This document shows, piece by piece, positions 1 to 11,756 of a stretch of 64,000 nucleotides of DNA. The DNA is from an uncultured delta proteobacterium. GTDB lineage: Bacteria > Desulfobacterota > Binatia > UBA9968. Position 1 is the stretch's first letter, and each line of letters starts with the position of its first letter. The stretch lies in NCBI GenBank assembly GCA_963760795.1, contig CAVXEP010000005.1, forward strand, positions 64,001 through 128,000, given 5' to 3'. A program made the translations under genes and the position numbers. The notes below the pieces were generated by a model. That model did not search any database, had not been told where the DNA came from, and saw only the letters and a list, made by a program, of their open reading frames with translations.

Positions 1-1
1 C

Positions 2-673
2 CCGCCGGGTTATGTCGGCTACGATGAAGGCGGGCAACTGACCGAAGCGGTGCGTCGCCGGCCTTACTCCGTGGTGTTGTTCGACGAAATCGAGAAGGCC
101 CATCCCGACGTGTTCAACGCGCTTTTACAGCTGCTTGAAGATGGCCGCATGACCGATGGCCAAGGGCGCACCGTCGATTTTAAAAACACGGTCATCATCA
201 TGACGTCGAACCTCGGCAGCCAGTACATCCAAGAGCTCGCCGGCAAAGACCGTAAGCAGATGGAAGACTATGTCGGCAACGCCTTGCGCGAGGCCTTCAA
301 GCCGGAGTTTTTGAACCGGGTCGACGAGACGATCATTTTTAGCAGCCTCGGCCGCGAAGAGATCAAGTCGATCGTCGATATTCAGCTCAAACGGCTGCGG
401 CAGAATTTGGCCAACCGCAAGATGGCGCTGGAGATCACCGCCCCAGCCAAAGCGTTGCTAGCCGACAAGGGCTACGATCCGGTCTACGGCGCGCGCCCGC
501 TCAAGCGCACCATCCAGCGATTGATTCAGGATCCGCTGGCGGTTAAGATCCTCGCTGGAGAGTTCAAGGAAGGCGACACTGTGAAAGTCGAAGTGGAAGA
601 CGACGAGCTCAGCTTCACCCATGGTCAGCCGCTGGCGAACGACGCGACCTTCGAGCAAAGGACCCTGCATTGA
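2..673 (+). CDS. clpB: ATP-dependent chaperone ClpB, C-terminal part (5' truncated by window edge)
   Basis: [66 protein letters not shown] and [13 protein letters not shown] are Clp NBD2 signatures. Confidence 0.93.
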   Translation, partial: PPGYVGYDEGGQLTEAVRRRPYSVVLFDEIEKAHPDVFNALLQLLEDGRMTDGQGRTVDFKNTVIIMTSNLGSQYIQELAGKDRKQMEDYVGNALREAFKPEFLNRVDETIIFSSLGREEIKSIVDIQLKRLRQNLANRKMALEITAPAKALLADKGYDPVYGARPLKRTIQRLIQDPLAVKILAGEFKEGDTVKVEVEDDELSFTHGQPLANDATFEQRTLH

Positions 674-834
674 GTCCATCGGCAAAAAAGATTCCCATCG
701 GCCTGGCGAAAGTGCGCAAGGAACTGCCGCCGCCGGGAATAATCTGGAAAAGTAAAAAAGACGTTCTGCGTAAGCGCGCCAAAGCCGAGCTAAGCCGCGA
801 ACTCAAAGCATCGCTGCGCGGCAGCCGATCATAA
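670..834 (+). CDS. Putative small basic protein (54 aa), not in ORF track
   Basis: TTG start overlaps the clpB TGA; AGGA 7 nt upstream; [54 protein letters not shown] (16 K/R); terminator follows. Confidence 0.5.
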   Translation: MSPSAKKIPIGLAKVRKELPPPGIIWKSKKDVLRKRAKAELSRELKASLRGSRS

Positions 835-860
835 TTACCGTCTGAAAAGAGCCGCTCAGG

Positions 861-900
861 AGAGGGGGCAGCCGGCACCGGCCCGCCCCCTCTTTTAATT
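861..900 (+). terminator. Rho-independent terminator
   Basis: AGAGGGGGC (861-869) pairs with GCCCCCTCT (885-893), followed by a T-rich tract. Confidence 0.7.
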
Positions 901-908
901 TTTAATTC

Positions 909-2346
909 ATGGCAGATTCAACTTTCAGCGACGAACAGCAACGCCATGCCCGGCTGGTGCTTTATCAAGTGTCCCTCGGTCTCGCCGTGGTGGCGATCAA
1001 CCACCGCGCCATTCAAGTCGCCTTGCCCACCCTCACCCATGTTTTTCATAGCGATCTGTCGTTCATTCAGTGGGTTTTGTTGGTCTATGATCTCTGCGTT
1101 ATCGGCTTGGTCCTGACGTTGGGCAGACTCGGCGACCTGTTCGGCCGCAAATGGATTTATATTTCTGGCTTTTTGATCTTCGTTCTAGGTTCGCTGTTTT
1201 GCGGTTTGGCGCAGTCATCCACTCAGCTAATTTTGTTCCGCGTGCTCCAAGGCATCGGCGGCGCCATGATCATGGCCAACGGCCGTGCCCTGGTCACCGT
1301 CAACTCGCCGGCGTCCGAGCGCGGCAAGGCGCTGGGCTTCACATCCATGGCGTTTCACGTCGGCTACATCACCGGCCCGACGCTGGGCGGCTTCATCATC
1401 GACGCGGTGGGCTGGCGTTGGGTGTTCTTTCTCACCGTTCCCATCGGCCTGACTTGCGCCTATTTCGGCTGGAAAATTCTCAAAGAGCGCACCGTCAGCG
1501 AAGGGCCGGTCCAAGTGGATTTCGCCGGTGCCGCGTATCTGCTGCTGACCAACATCTGTTTCCTCTATGCGCTCAACCGGCTGCCCCACCGCGGTATCCA
1601 CGACACCCTGGTCGTGGTCTTTTTCTGTCGTCGCCGCCGTGACGTTGTTTCTGTTCATTCGCACCGAACAAAAAGCAACCACGCCGATTCTGAGTTTATC
1701 TTTGTTCCGCAACCGGCTGTTCACTGCGGCCAATCTGAGCCTGTTCTTTTTGACTTCAACGCAGGCCGCCGTGAGCGTCTTGATCCCGTTTTATTTGCAG
1801 AACCTGATGGGCTTCACGCCGACCCAGATGGGCTGGATCTTGATCGGCGGCTCGGTCGTGATCATCGTGTTAGCCCCGGTGGCTGGCCGCCTGTCCGACC
1901 GCCTCGGCTCACGCATACTTTGCACCGTCGGCGCCGCGATCATGATCGTCGGCCAGTATTTCATCGGTTCGTTGACTCTACAATCGACGATTTTCCAAAT
2001 GGTCATGCCGCAAATATTGATCGGCTTGGGTTGGGCGCTGTTCAACTCGCCCAATCAGAGCGCCATCATGGGCACCGTACCACTCGATAAAGTCGGCGCA
2101 GCCTCGGGTATGACGCTCACTACGGCGAGAATTGGCGGCGCCATGGGCATCGCCATATCCGGCGCGATCATGACCTACGCCTTGGGCGCCAACGGCCTCA
2201 CCCCGGCGCAGATCGAGTCGCCAGCCAGTTGGGCCGCCGCGCCAGAGATATTTTTGAAATCGTTCAGCTTCACCACCCATTTGATCAATACCTTTGCGAT
2301 CTTCGCGGTGGTCTTCGCCGCCATGCGCGGCCCACGCAAAGATTAG
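909..2346 (+). CDS. MFS transporter, DHA2/EmrB-like (frameshift ~1620)
   Basis: GRLGDLFGRK motif A, GPTLGG, WRWVFF; ORFs 909..2090 and 1567..2346 join at a T-run. Confidence 0.88.
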
Positions 2347-2357
2347 GCGACTGCGAA

Positions 2358-3804
2358 ATGATTCCGCCAACGCAAACCCATGAGGTAGTCCACTCAAAGC
2401 GCGCCTCGCGCTTGATTTTGTTGAGCGTCTGCCTCGGCCAGGCATTAGTCGGCCTCGATCAACGCGCCATCACCGTCGCCCTACCGACATTGACGACGAC
2501 GTTTAATACCGCCTTCACCACCATCCAGTGGACCATCCTGGTTTACGATCTGGTTCTAATCGGCCTGATCATCACCATGGGGCGGTTGGGCGATATGTTC
2601 GGCCGGAGGCGCTTTTACACCTTGGGCTTCTTGATCTTCGTCATCGCATCGGCGATCTGCGGCATGACTCAAACCAGCGGCCAGCTAATTTTTTTTCGCG
2701 CGGTTCAAGCCATCGGCGGTTCGATGATCGCCGCCAACGGCCGCGCCATCGTGTCGGTAAACTTGCCGGCGGAGGAGCGGGGCCGCGCCTTGGGACTGAC
2801 GTCGACGGCGTTTCACATCGGCTTTCTCATCGGCCCTGCACTTGGCGGATTTTTGATCGACGGCCTCGGCTGGCGCTGGATTTTTTATATCAACATGCCC
2901 TTTAGCCTGGCCGGCGCGTATTTAGCTTGGAAAGTCGTTCCCGAGACACGCATGCAGGGCAAAACCTCGGTGGATATCGCCGGCGCCGTGCTGCTGTTAT
3001 TGACCAATGGCTTGTTCATCTACGCCATCGATCAGTTGCCGCGGGTCGGCTGGCGCCATCCGGCGTTTTTTCTGACCCTGACGCTTGGCCGCCGTCGCGC
3101 TGGTCTTTCTCCTACGCGCCGAAAGCCGCGCCAAGCTGCCGATTCTCGTGCTGTCGATGTTTCGCGCCCGGCTGTTCAGCGCCGGCATCGCCAGCTTGTT
3201 CGTGCTCGCCGCCACACTGTCGGCAATTAATTTTCTCTTGCCATTTTACTTACAGAGCTTGCTGGGCTACTCGGCTTCGCAGACCGGCTGGATCATCGTC
3301 GCCGACTCGGTGATCATCATGGTGATGGCGCCCATCGCCGGCGCGCTATCGGACCGTCTCGGCTCGCGTTTGCTTTGCACCCTCGGCTGTTTGGCCGTTG
3401 CCATCGCGCAGTTCCTGTTGGCATCCCTCGACCTGCACGCGCCGCTGGTGCGCATCATGCTGCCGCTGGTGCTTTGGGGCATCGGCTGGTCGCTGTTCAA
3501 CGCGCCCAATCAACGGTCGATTTTAAGCGCCGTGGCGACAGATAAAATCGGCGCCGCCGCTGGCATGATCGCCACCAGCGCGCGCACCGGCGGCGCCATG
3601 GGTGTGGCATTGTCCGCGACACTATTCGGCTATCTCCTCGCCGGCGCCGGCTTAACCGCTAACCAAGTGAATTCGCCCAACAGCTGGCGCGCCGCGCCGG
3701 AGGTTTTTATGAGTTCTTTCTCGATGACGATTTACGCTTTGAGCATTTTCACTTTGTTCGCAGTGTTTTCATCCGCGGTCCGCGGCAGCAAACTCGAACA
3801 GTGA
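2358..3804 (+). CDS. MFS transporter, DHA2/EmrB-like paralog (frameshift ~3085)
   Basis: GRLGDMFGRRR, GPALGG, WRWIFYIN; colinear with the upstream MFS gene. Confidence 0.88.
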
Positions 3805-3819
3805 ACCGTCGGCTTGCGC

Positions 3820-3849
3820 TTGACAGGTAATGGTCCGCTCTCCTACTCT
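3820..3849 (+). promoter_or_regulatory. Putative sigma70 promoter
   Basis: TTGACA-N18-TACTCT about 30 nt before ATG 3880. Confidence 0.45.
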
Positions 3850-3879
3850 CGCGGCCATCACAGTTCACGGGAGGCGCCC

Positions 3880-4875
3880 ATGATTCGCCGGTCGGAATTA
3901 GTGAAGGTCACCTTCATCGCGCTCATAGTCGGCCAGCTTTTCCTCGGACCGCTGGTCAGCGCCGCCGAAGCGCCTGTGCTGCGCGGCGTCCATAACGCTC
4001 TGGGCGGCACCATGACGCCGCTGTTTGTCGCCCAAGAGCTAGGGTTATTCGCCAAACATGGACTACAGCATAGCCTCAATTATTTGCCGGCGACCACCGC
4101 GGTTCAGGCCCTCGCCGCCGGCAGCGAAGAGATCGGTTTCGTCGGCAACCAGTGCGTCGATGTCGGCCTCGAAGGCGCCGATACCATCTATGTCGCCGCC
4201 ACCGCGTCGCGTTTTATTTTTCAGCTCTACGGCGATCCGGCGATCAAGAGCGTGGCCGACTTGAAAGGCAAAGTCATCGCCGCCACACAGCCGGCCGCGT
4301 CCACCGACTACGCCGCGCGCATCTTGTTGCGTAAAAATGGGCTAACACCGGACAAGGACGTGAAAATTATATATGCCGGCAGCAGCCCGGCATTGTTGTC
4401 GATGTTAAAATCGGGCAACGCCGCGGCTGGCTTGATCAACGCGCCGGTGATCTATCAAGCGCAAGAACTCGGCATGAAGCCAATCGTCAACCTCACCGAG
4501 TTAAATATTCCGTTTATCTTCGTCGCGGTTTGCACGACCAAAAAAGTCATCCAGCAGAAACCCGATGCGATTATGCGCTATCTCAGGGCCTATACCGAAG
4601 CGATCTCGATTATCCTGCGCGACAAGGAAACCGCGCTCAAGATCATGGCCAAATACATGAAGATGGACAATCGCCAGTGGGTCGAGGCGGTCTATGACGA
4701 CATCGCGCGTGTATTGCAGCGCACGCCGTACATGACCAAGCCGGAAGTCCAAGCGGTGTTGGATGCCGTCAGAAATCCCAAAGGCACACAGGTCAAACCG
4801 GAAGACTTTTTCGACAACTCATTCCTGCAGAAAATCGACAATAGCGGCTTTATCAATGCGCTCTACGCTCGTTGA
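3880..4875 (+). CDS. ABC-type substrate-binding protein, NMT1/THI5/SsuA-like
   Basis: Signal peptide; VAQELGLFAKHGL, DLKGKVIA, C-terminal PEDFFDNSFL; GGAGG RBS. Confidence 0.85.
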   Translation: MIRRSELVKVTFIALIVGQLFLGPLVSAAEAPVLRGVHNALGGTMTPLFVAQELGLFAKHGLQHSLNYLPATTAVQALAAGSEEIGFVGNQCVDVGLEGADTIYVAATASRFIFQLYGDPAIKSVADLKGKVIAATQPAASTDYAARILLRKNGLTPDKDVKIIYAGSSPALLSMLKSGNAAAGLINAPVIYQAQELGMKPIVNLTELNIPFIFVAVCTTKKVIQQKPDAIMRYLRAYTEAISIILRDKETALKIMAKYMKMDNRQWVEAVYDDIARVLQRTPYMTKPEVQAVLDAVRNPKGTQVKPEDFFDNSFLQKIDNSGFINALYAR

Positions 4876-4900
4876 TCTTTGCAACACCAGGGAGAAAAAG

Positions 4901-5906
4901 ATGAAACGCCTCCAGCGATCTCACCTCTGCCGTGCCACGACGCTCGCCGTGCTGCTCAGCTTATTGGTGCCAGCGAGCCGCCCGCTCAGCGCCGCCGAAG
5001 CGCCAAGCATGCGCATCGTCTACAACGCCCTCGGCGGTTCCATGGCGCCGCTGTGGTTGGGCCATGAGTTGGGCCTGTTCGCCAAGCATGGCTCTGCAAC
5101 ATAGCCTGAATTACTTGGCCGCGACGACCTCGGTGCAGGCGATCGTCGCCGGCAGCGAGGACATCGGCATGGTCGGCAATCAGTGCATCGATGTCGCCCT
5201 CGAAGGCGCCGACACCATCTACGTCGCCGGCAACATCAATCGCTTTGTCTTCCACCTGTACGGCGATCCGGCGATCAAAACCGTGCAGGATCTGAAAGGC
5301 AAAACCGTCGCGGCCACCCAAGCCGCCGCCTCCACCGACTACGCGACCCGCATCGTCCTGCGCCGTTCGGTTTGGTACCGGACAAGGATGTAAAAATTCT
5401 CTTCACCGGCAGCATGCCGGCGCTGGTGACGACGGTGAAGTCCGGCAATGCCGCCGCCGGCCTGATGTCGGCGCCGACGACGATTCAAGCCCTGGAGTTG
5501 GGCATGAAACCGATCCTCAACGTCACCGAGCTAAATATCCCCTTCGTCTTCGTCGGCGTCTGTACAACGCGAAAAATGATCCAGCAAAAACCCGATCACA
5601 TCAGCCGGTTTCTCCGCGCCTATATCGAAGCTCTGGCGATTATTCGCAGTGACAAAGAAACCACGTTCAAAGCCATGGGCAAGTTCTTAAAGACCGATAA
5701 CCGGCAAGTCTTGGAAAGCATCTACGACGACTACGGCAGCGCCTATCAACGTGTGCCGCTTGATGACCAAGCAGGAAGTCCAGGCAGTTCTCGATGTCGT
5801 AAAAAGCCCCAAGGGTGTCCAGGCCAAGCCCGAAGTATTTTACGACAACTCCTTCGTGCAAAAGATCGAAGCCTCGGGCTTTATCAATTCGCTCTATGCC
5901 CGCTAG
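4901..5906 (+). CDS. NMT1/SsuA-like substrate-binding protein, paralog of upstream gene (about 3 frameshifts)
   Basis: Segments in ORFs 4763, 4932 and 5183 align to 3880..4875; ends FINSLYAR* like FINALYAR*. Confidence 0.8.
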
Positions 5907-5968
5907 CTGTAGAATGGGAACTATACATCGATCCGAAAAACCAACACGATCACGAAACACGAACAAGA

Positions 5969-7090
5969 ATGTCCTGGTTCCTCCACATCGACATGGACGC
6001 CTTCTACGCCTCGGTGGAGGAAGCGCTCGATCCGAGTCTGAAAGGCAAACCGGTCATCGTCGGCGGGCGTAACGGCCGCGGCGTGGTGACCTCGGCGTCT
6101 TACGCGGCGCGAGAGTTCGGCGTGCGCTCGGCGATGCCAGGGTATCAAGCGAAAACACTCTGCCCGCAGGGGATTTTTCTGCCGAACCGGCGGCGCACTT
6201 ATGTGGAATTTTCCGACAAAGTATTCGCCATCCTCGAACACTACTCGCCCGAAGTGCACAAGCTGTCCATCGATGAAGCGCTGGTCGATCTCACCGGCAC
6301 GGAGAGACTATTCGGTCCGCCGCTCAAAACCGCCGACGCGATGATCCGGCGCATCGAAAATGAATTGGCGCTGCCTTCCTCCGCTGGATTGTCGACCAAC
6401 CGGATCGTCGCAAAAATTGCCGCGACGTTAGCCAAACCGCATGGCCTGATCTACATTCCCGCCGGTGCTGAAAAAAACTTTCTCGAGCCCCAGGCAGTGG
6501 AGTTGATCCCCGGTGTCGGCCCCAAAACCCACAAGACCATGCTCCAGCGCGGCATCAAAACCATTGGCGAGCTATTGGCACGGCCTGAACTAGCCGCGCG
6601 CTATCTCGACCTCAGCGAAACTGCGGTACATCCCCACCACCACGATCATTCCATCGGCAATGAAACGACCCTGAGCACTCCGCTCAAAACCATCGCCGAA
6701 ATGGAGGAGGTGCTTTGGCAGCTGGTCGAAGAGGTCGGCGGCAGGCTCCGTCAAGAAGAGTCCTTTGCCCGCTGTTTGACGGTAAAAGTTCGCTATAGCA
6801 ATTTCCAGACGATCACCCGCTCGCGCACCCTTGCCTCGCCCACGTGCTTTGATAAAGAAATTTTTCAGGCGGTGAGCGACTTACTGCGCCAGAATATCGC
6901 TCAGGGCCGCGCGGTGCGTTTGTTGGGCGTGAGCGCCAGCGCGCTGCAAACTTCCGGCTGGCAGGAACCCTTGTTGAATCGTCAGCGGCGCGAATCTTTC
7001 GGACGTCTGTATCAAGCCATCGACAAACTGCGCCGCAAGTACGGCGAGCAGACCATCGGCGCCGCGACGCCGCGCAAACGTTCTAGTTGA
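5969..7090 (+). CDS. dinB: DNA polymerase IV (Y-family)
   Basis: HIDMDAFYASVEE, SASYAAREFGVRSAMP, SIDEA, IPGVGPKT, C-terminal QEPLL clamp-like motif. Confidence 0.92.
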   Translation: MSWFLHIDMDAFYASVEEALDPSLKGKPVIVGGRNGRGVVTSASYAAREFGVRSAMPGYQAKTLCPQGIFLPNRRRTYVEFSDKVFAILEHYSPEVHKLSIDEALVDLTGTERLFGPPLKTADAMIRRIENELALPSSAGLSTNRIVAKIAATLAKPHGLIYIPAGAEKNFLEPQAVELIPGVGPKTHKTMLQRGIKTIGELLARPELAARYLDLSETAVHPHHHDHSIGNETTLSTPLKTIAEMEEVLWQLVEEVGGRLRQEESFARCLTVKVRYSNFQTITRSRTLASPTCFDKEIFQAVSDLLRQNIAQGRAVRLLGVSASALQTSGWQEPLLNRQRRESFGRLYQAIDKLRRKYGEQTIGAATPRKRSS

Positions 7091-7135
7091 TTTTGCCGCT
7101 AAAGCTTCATACTGTTTTCCATCTCGACTAACATC

Positions 7136-8164
7136 ATGGCTGCCACGAACCATCCTTTTCTTGCCGCCTGCCGGCGCGAACCGACTTCATTCACTCCCGT
7201 CTGGCTCATGCGCCAAGCCGGCCGTTACATGGAAGAATACCGCAAACTGCGCGCCCAACATGGCTTTCTCGAACTGTGCAAGAAGCCCGATCTCGCCACC
7301 GAGATCACGGTCACGCCAGTGGAGAAGTTGAACGTCGACGCGGCGATATTGTTCGCCGATATCTTGTTAATCCTCGAACCGATGGGCGTCGGTTTGGAAT
7401 ACTCCAAAGGCGATGGCCCGGTGATCCATCGGCCGGTGCGCAGCGGCAAGGATGTCGACGGCTTATTAGATTTCAAGGTCGAGAGCGAACTCGCCTACGT
7501 CTACGAGTCGATTAAAAAGATTCGCAAAGAACTGAAAGTGCCGCTCATCGGCTTTGCCGGCGCGCCGTTCACTCTGGCGTCCTACTTGATCGAAGGCAGC
7601 GGCTCGCGCAACTATGTGCATACCAAGAAGCTTTTTTATGGCGCGCCGGAAGCGTGGAAGCGCTTGATGGAACGGCTGGCTAAACTCATCGGCGAGTATT
7701 TGAATTGCCAGATCGCCGCCGGCGCCCAAGCTGTGCAGATCTTCGATAGTTGGGCCGGCTGTCTGACGCCATCCGACTATGAGCAATTTATTCAACCCTA
7801 CACCAAAGCGGTGATCGACGCGGTCATTCCCGGTGTGCCGGTGATCAACTTCAGCACCGGCACCACCGGTTTGTTGAAGAACATCCGCGCCGCCGGCGGC
7901 GATGTCATCGGCCTGGACTGGCGTGTCAATCTTGACGACGGCTGGGCCACCGTCGGCCACGACGTCGCCGTCCAAGGCAACCTCGATCCGGTCGCGCTCT
8001 TCGCTGCGCCGAAAGAGATCAAAAACCGAGTGGCGGAAATCCTGCGCCGCGCCGGCGGCCGTCCCGGACATATTTTCAATCTCGGCCACGGCGTCCTGCC
8101 GGAAACGCCGGTCGATCATGTGATCGCCATGGTCGACGCCGTGCACGAACTGAGCACAAGGTAA
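7136..8164 (+). CDS. hemE: Uroporphyrinogen decarboxylase
   Basis: PVWLMRQAGRYMEEY, AAILFADIL, IGFAGAPFTLASY, FNLGHGVLP. Confidence 0.97.
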   Translation: MAATNHPFLAACRREPTSFTPVWLMRQAGRYMEEYRKLRAQHGFLELCKKPDLATEITVTPVEKLNVDAAILFADILLILEPMGVGLEYSKGDGPVIHRPVRSGKDVDGLLDFKVESELAYVYESIKKIRKELKVPLIGFAGAPFTLASYLIEGSGSRNYVHTKKLFYGAPEAWKRLMERLAKLIGEYLNCQIAAGAQAVQIFDSWAGCLTPSDYEQFIQPYTKAVIDAVIPGVPVINFSTGTTGLLKNIRAAGGDVIGLDWRVNLDDGWATVGHDVAVQGNLDPVALFAAPKEIKNRVAEILRRAGGRPGHIFNLGHGVLPETPVDHVIAMVDAVHELSTR

Positions 8165-8169
8165 TAGAA

Positions 8170-8272
8170 GAGTTGGAAAGATGGAGTACTGGAGTGTTGG
8201 AGTAATGTTAAATTCGAAGAACTCCCCGTCCGTCCCAACACTCCAATACTCCGACGCTCCATCACTCCATTG
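8170..8272. repeat. Intergenic palindromic repeat (TGGAGT/ACTCCA units)
   Basis: TGGAGTACTGGAGTGTTGGAGT ... CAACACTCCAATACTCC..CATCACTCCA; same family at ~19266-19465. Confidence 0.7.
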
Positions 8273-8280
8273 ACCCCCCC

Positions 8281-9217
8281 ATGCCGCATCCGTACCAGGC
8301 CATTCTGCTCATCGCTTTCGGCGGCCCTACTTGCCCTGAAGAAATTCGCCCCTTTCTCGCCCGCGTGACTCAAGGTTTGCCGATTCCACCGGCGCGCCTT
8401 GAGGAAGTTGCCCACCACTACGAAGCGGTCGGGGGCAAATCGCCGCTCAACGAAATCACCTTTCGTCAGGCCAACGCATTGAAGAATTTATTGAGCAACA
8501 AGCTGCCGGTATACGTCGGCATGCGCAATGCGGCGCCTTTCTTCGTCGATACGTTGAAACAGATGGCAGCCGCCGGAGTCACGCGCGCCCTTGGATTCAT
8601 TCTTTCGTCACATCGCAGCGAAGCGAGCTGGGAGCGCTATCAGGAAAATATCGCCGACGCCCGCGCCGAGCTCGGCGGCAGCGCACCCGAAGTCGATTAT
8701 TGCGACGGCTGGCATGACCATCCGCTATTTATTCAAAGCTGGACCGAGCTGATTCAAACGGCGGCGAATGGAATCCATGCTGACCTGCGGCACAGCGACA
8801 CCGTTGCTTTTCACCGCCCACAGTTTGCCGACGGCCATGGCCGGTCGCTCCGCTTACGTCGAACAATTAACCACTAGCGCCCAGCTCATCGTGACTAAGC
8901 TAAGCCACCCGCAATGGTCGCTCGCTTATCAAAGCCGCAGCGGCAGACCGAGCGATCCCTGGCTCGAACCGGATATCGGCCAGGCGATCCGCGACTTTGC
9001 GGTGCGGGGCGAAAAGCAAATCATCGTCGCGCCCATCGGTTTTGTCTGCGACCATGTCGAAGTGCTCTATGACTTGGACATCGAAGCGAAAAAGATCGCC
9101 AACGACCTAGGGGTGAGGTTAATTCGCGCCAGCTGTCCAAACGACCATCCGACGTTCGTGCGCATGATGGCGGATGTCATTGCCGCCAAGATCAAATCCG
9201 TCGAGGATGCAGAATAG
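8281..9217 (+). CDS. hemH: Ferrochelatase (frameshift ~8800)
   Basis: FGGP, GGKSPLNEIT, FTAHSLP, YQSRSG..PWLEPD, PIGFVCDHVEVLYDLD. Confidence 0.93.
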
Positions 9218-9273
9218 AAGATGGACGATCGCAATCCTCGGTCCTCAATTATCCATCCTCCACCGGTTTTTTC

Positions 9274-10702
9274 ATGCAGCGAATAGTCGTCATCGGCGCT
9301 GGCATCGCTGGTCTAGCCGCCGCTCACCGGCTCACGGAACTTGCCAGCGCTAATGAACGCAGCATCGACATAAAGCTGCTCGAAGCCTCAGGACGGCTCG
9401 GCGGCGCCATCGCTACCGAGCGCGTCGGCGAATTTCTCGTCGAAGCAGGCCCCGACTCGTTCATCACCGAGAAGCCTTGGGCGCTCAAGTTATGCGAGCG
9501 GGTCGGTCTAACCCATCGGCTGGTTTCAACGCAGTCGGCCTATCAAAAAATATTTATCGTGCACAACGGCAAACTGGTCGCGCTTCCCGAAGGATTCTTC
9601 TTGCTCGCGCCGACGCGCCTCTGGCCGTTTATCCAAACCCCGCTGTTCTCCTGGCCCGGCAAGCTGCGCATGGCGGGCGAGCTGCTTTTACCGCGCGGCG
9701 AATTGTCCGACGACGAAAGCCTGGGCGCCTTCGTGCGCCGCCGTTTTGGCAACGAAGCCTTGGAACGGGTCGCTCAACCGCTGGTCGGCGGCATCTACGC
9801 CGCCGATCCGGATAGGCTCAGCCTCGGCGCCACCATGCCGCGCTTCAAAGAAATGGAACGAGATCGCCGCAGCGTCATCTACGCCATGTGGTCGGCCCAG
9901 CGCCAGCGCGCCAGGCAAGCTGAAACCGGCAGCGGCGCGCGTTGGAGTCTATTCGTCACCCTCGCCGGCGGCATGCAGGAACTCGTCGACACTCTCGCCG
10001 CAGCGTCTGCCCGACGACAGCGTGCGATTGAACTGCGCGGCTAGACAACTGAAGCTTGGCGCCAACGGAAAGAGCTGGGAGGTTGCCGCCGGTGATAACC
10101 ATGTCATCGACGCCGACGCGGTAGTTCTCGCCACGCCCGCTTTTCGTGCCGGCGAATTGCTGAACCCCATCGACAGTAATGCCGCCGCCGAATTGAAATC
10201 GATTTCCTACGCCTCCACCGCCACCGTCAGCCTCGCCTACCGCCGCGAAGATTTTCCCCAAGCGCCGAACAGCTTTGGCTTCGTCGTGCCCGCCATCGAG
10301 CAGCGCAAGATCATGGCCTGCACATTCAGCAGCCTGAAATATCCCGGCCGCGCGCCCGAGGATAAGATTCTCCTGCGCGCTTTCGTCGGCGGCAGCTTGC
10401 AGCCGGAACTATTTGCCGCAAGCGACGGCGAGATGGAGAGCAGCGTCCGAGACGAACTGGCGAAGCTGCTCGGCGTCACCGCCACACCGATTTTTTCGCG
10501 CATCTGGCGCCACCCCAATTCAATGCCGCAATATCATGTCGGCCACGAAGCCCTGGTGAAACGAATTGAAGCCGCATTGCAACCATTCCCGACCCTCACT
10601 CTCGCCGGCAGCGCCTACCACGGCGTCGGCATCTCCGACTGCGTCCGCACCGGCGAAGAGGCGGCGGAAAAAGTTTTTGCCCGCATTCTTTCGACCTTAT
10701 AG
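9274..10702 (+). CDS. hemY: HemY-type protoporphyrinogen/coproporphyrinogen oxidase (frameshift ~10000)
   Basis: VIGAGIAGLAAA, EAGPDSF, GGIYA, MPQYHVGH, GVGISDCV. Confidence 0.92.
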
Positions 10703-10770
10703 GGTGCGATACGCGCATCGTTGCGCGAATGGTACGCACAACGCAGCCAACAAGCTGACAAGCCCATTCT

Positions 10771-10800
10771 TGTCATTTCGCGCACAGCGAGAAATCTTTC
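10771..10800. repeat. REP-like intergenic element
   Basis: TGTCATTTCGCGCACAGCGAGAAATC resembles TGTCATTGCGAGCGCAGCGAGAAATC at ~19343. Confidence 0.5.
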
Positions 10801-10899
10801 TTCGGCTTTTTTCTTGACGCACGCACGAAAGCCGGACTATGAATCGGCTATCGGAGTGAGCACCGGGTTTTCTCCCATTGAAGAGGAACAGCGAACGCT

Positions 10900-11740
10900 A
10901 TGTTTATCATCGACTCACAAGTTCATATCTGGGCTCCAGAGACACCGGACAAGCCTTACGCCAAAGAAAACGCCTCGCCGCCCCATCGCGCCCATGCCCC
11001 TCGGCCACGACGAACTGTTGCGCGAGATGGACGGCGCCGGTGTCTCGCGTTGCATCCTCGTGCCGCCCACCTGGGAAGCCGACCGCAACGATACCTCGCT
11101 GGAAGCGGCGCGGCTCCACCCCGATCGCTTCCGCGTCATGGGCAAACTCGCGTTGACCAATCCCAACGGCCCGGCGTTGATGGCCACCTGGAAACAGCAA
11201 CCGTTCATGTTGGGTATCCGCATGGTTTTCAACCGCGGCCAGTCGGCGCAGTGGTTGAACGATGGCACCGCCGACTGGTTCTGGGATGCCGCTGAGAAAT
11301 ACGACATTCCGGTGATGACATTGGCACCGGCCGATGTGCCCAAGCTCGGCGAAATCGCCGAACGCCATCCTGGGCTGCGCTTGATCGTCGATCATATGGG
11401 GCTGAATTCGGTACTGCGCGGCAAACCGCTCGATCCGTCGGTCGATGCCGTGATCAAACTCGCGCGCCACAAGAACCTCGCGGTTAAAGTCTCCGCGCTG
11501 CCGTGTTACGTCAACGAGACTTATCCTTTCCCAACCCTGCACCCGCTGGTGCGCCGCGTCGTCGATGCTTTCGGTCCGCAACGCTGCTTCTGGGGCACCG
11601 ATTTGTCCCACCTGCCCTGTCCGTATAAACAAGTGGTGACGTTGTTCACCGAAGAAATGAAGTCGCTATCGTCGGCTGAGTTGGAATGGATCATGGGCCG
11701 CGCCCTGGCCGAATGGTTACGCTGGCCGCTGCCAAAATAA
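10900..11740 (+). CDS. Amidohydrolase_2 family protein (frameshift ~10975)
   Basis: IIDSQVHIW, IVDHMG, AVKVSA, FWGTDLS. Confidence 0.85.
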
Positions 11741-11756
11741 ACTGGAGGAATGAGCA

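Noticed and set aside
5183-7090. 635-aa apparent SBP-DinB fusion
   Set aside because: Frameshifts in the upstream SBP create the read-through. The SBP stop is at 5904-5906 and DinB starts at 5969.
8281-10702. Pseudogenisation of heme genes / genome decay
   Set aside because: Only single indels with intact motifs on both sides; the same pattern occurs across the window and fits sequencing error.
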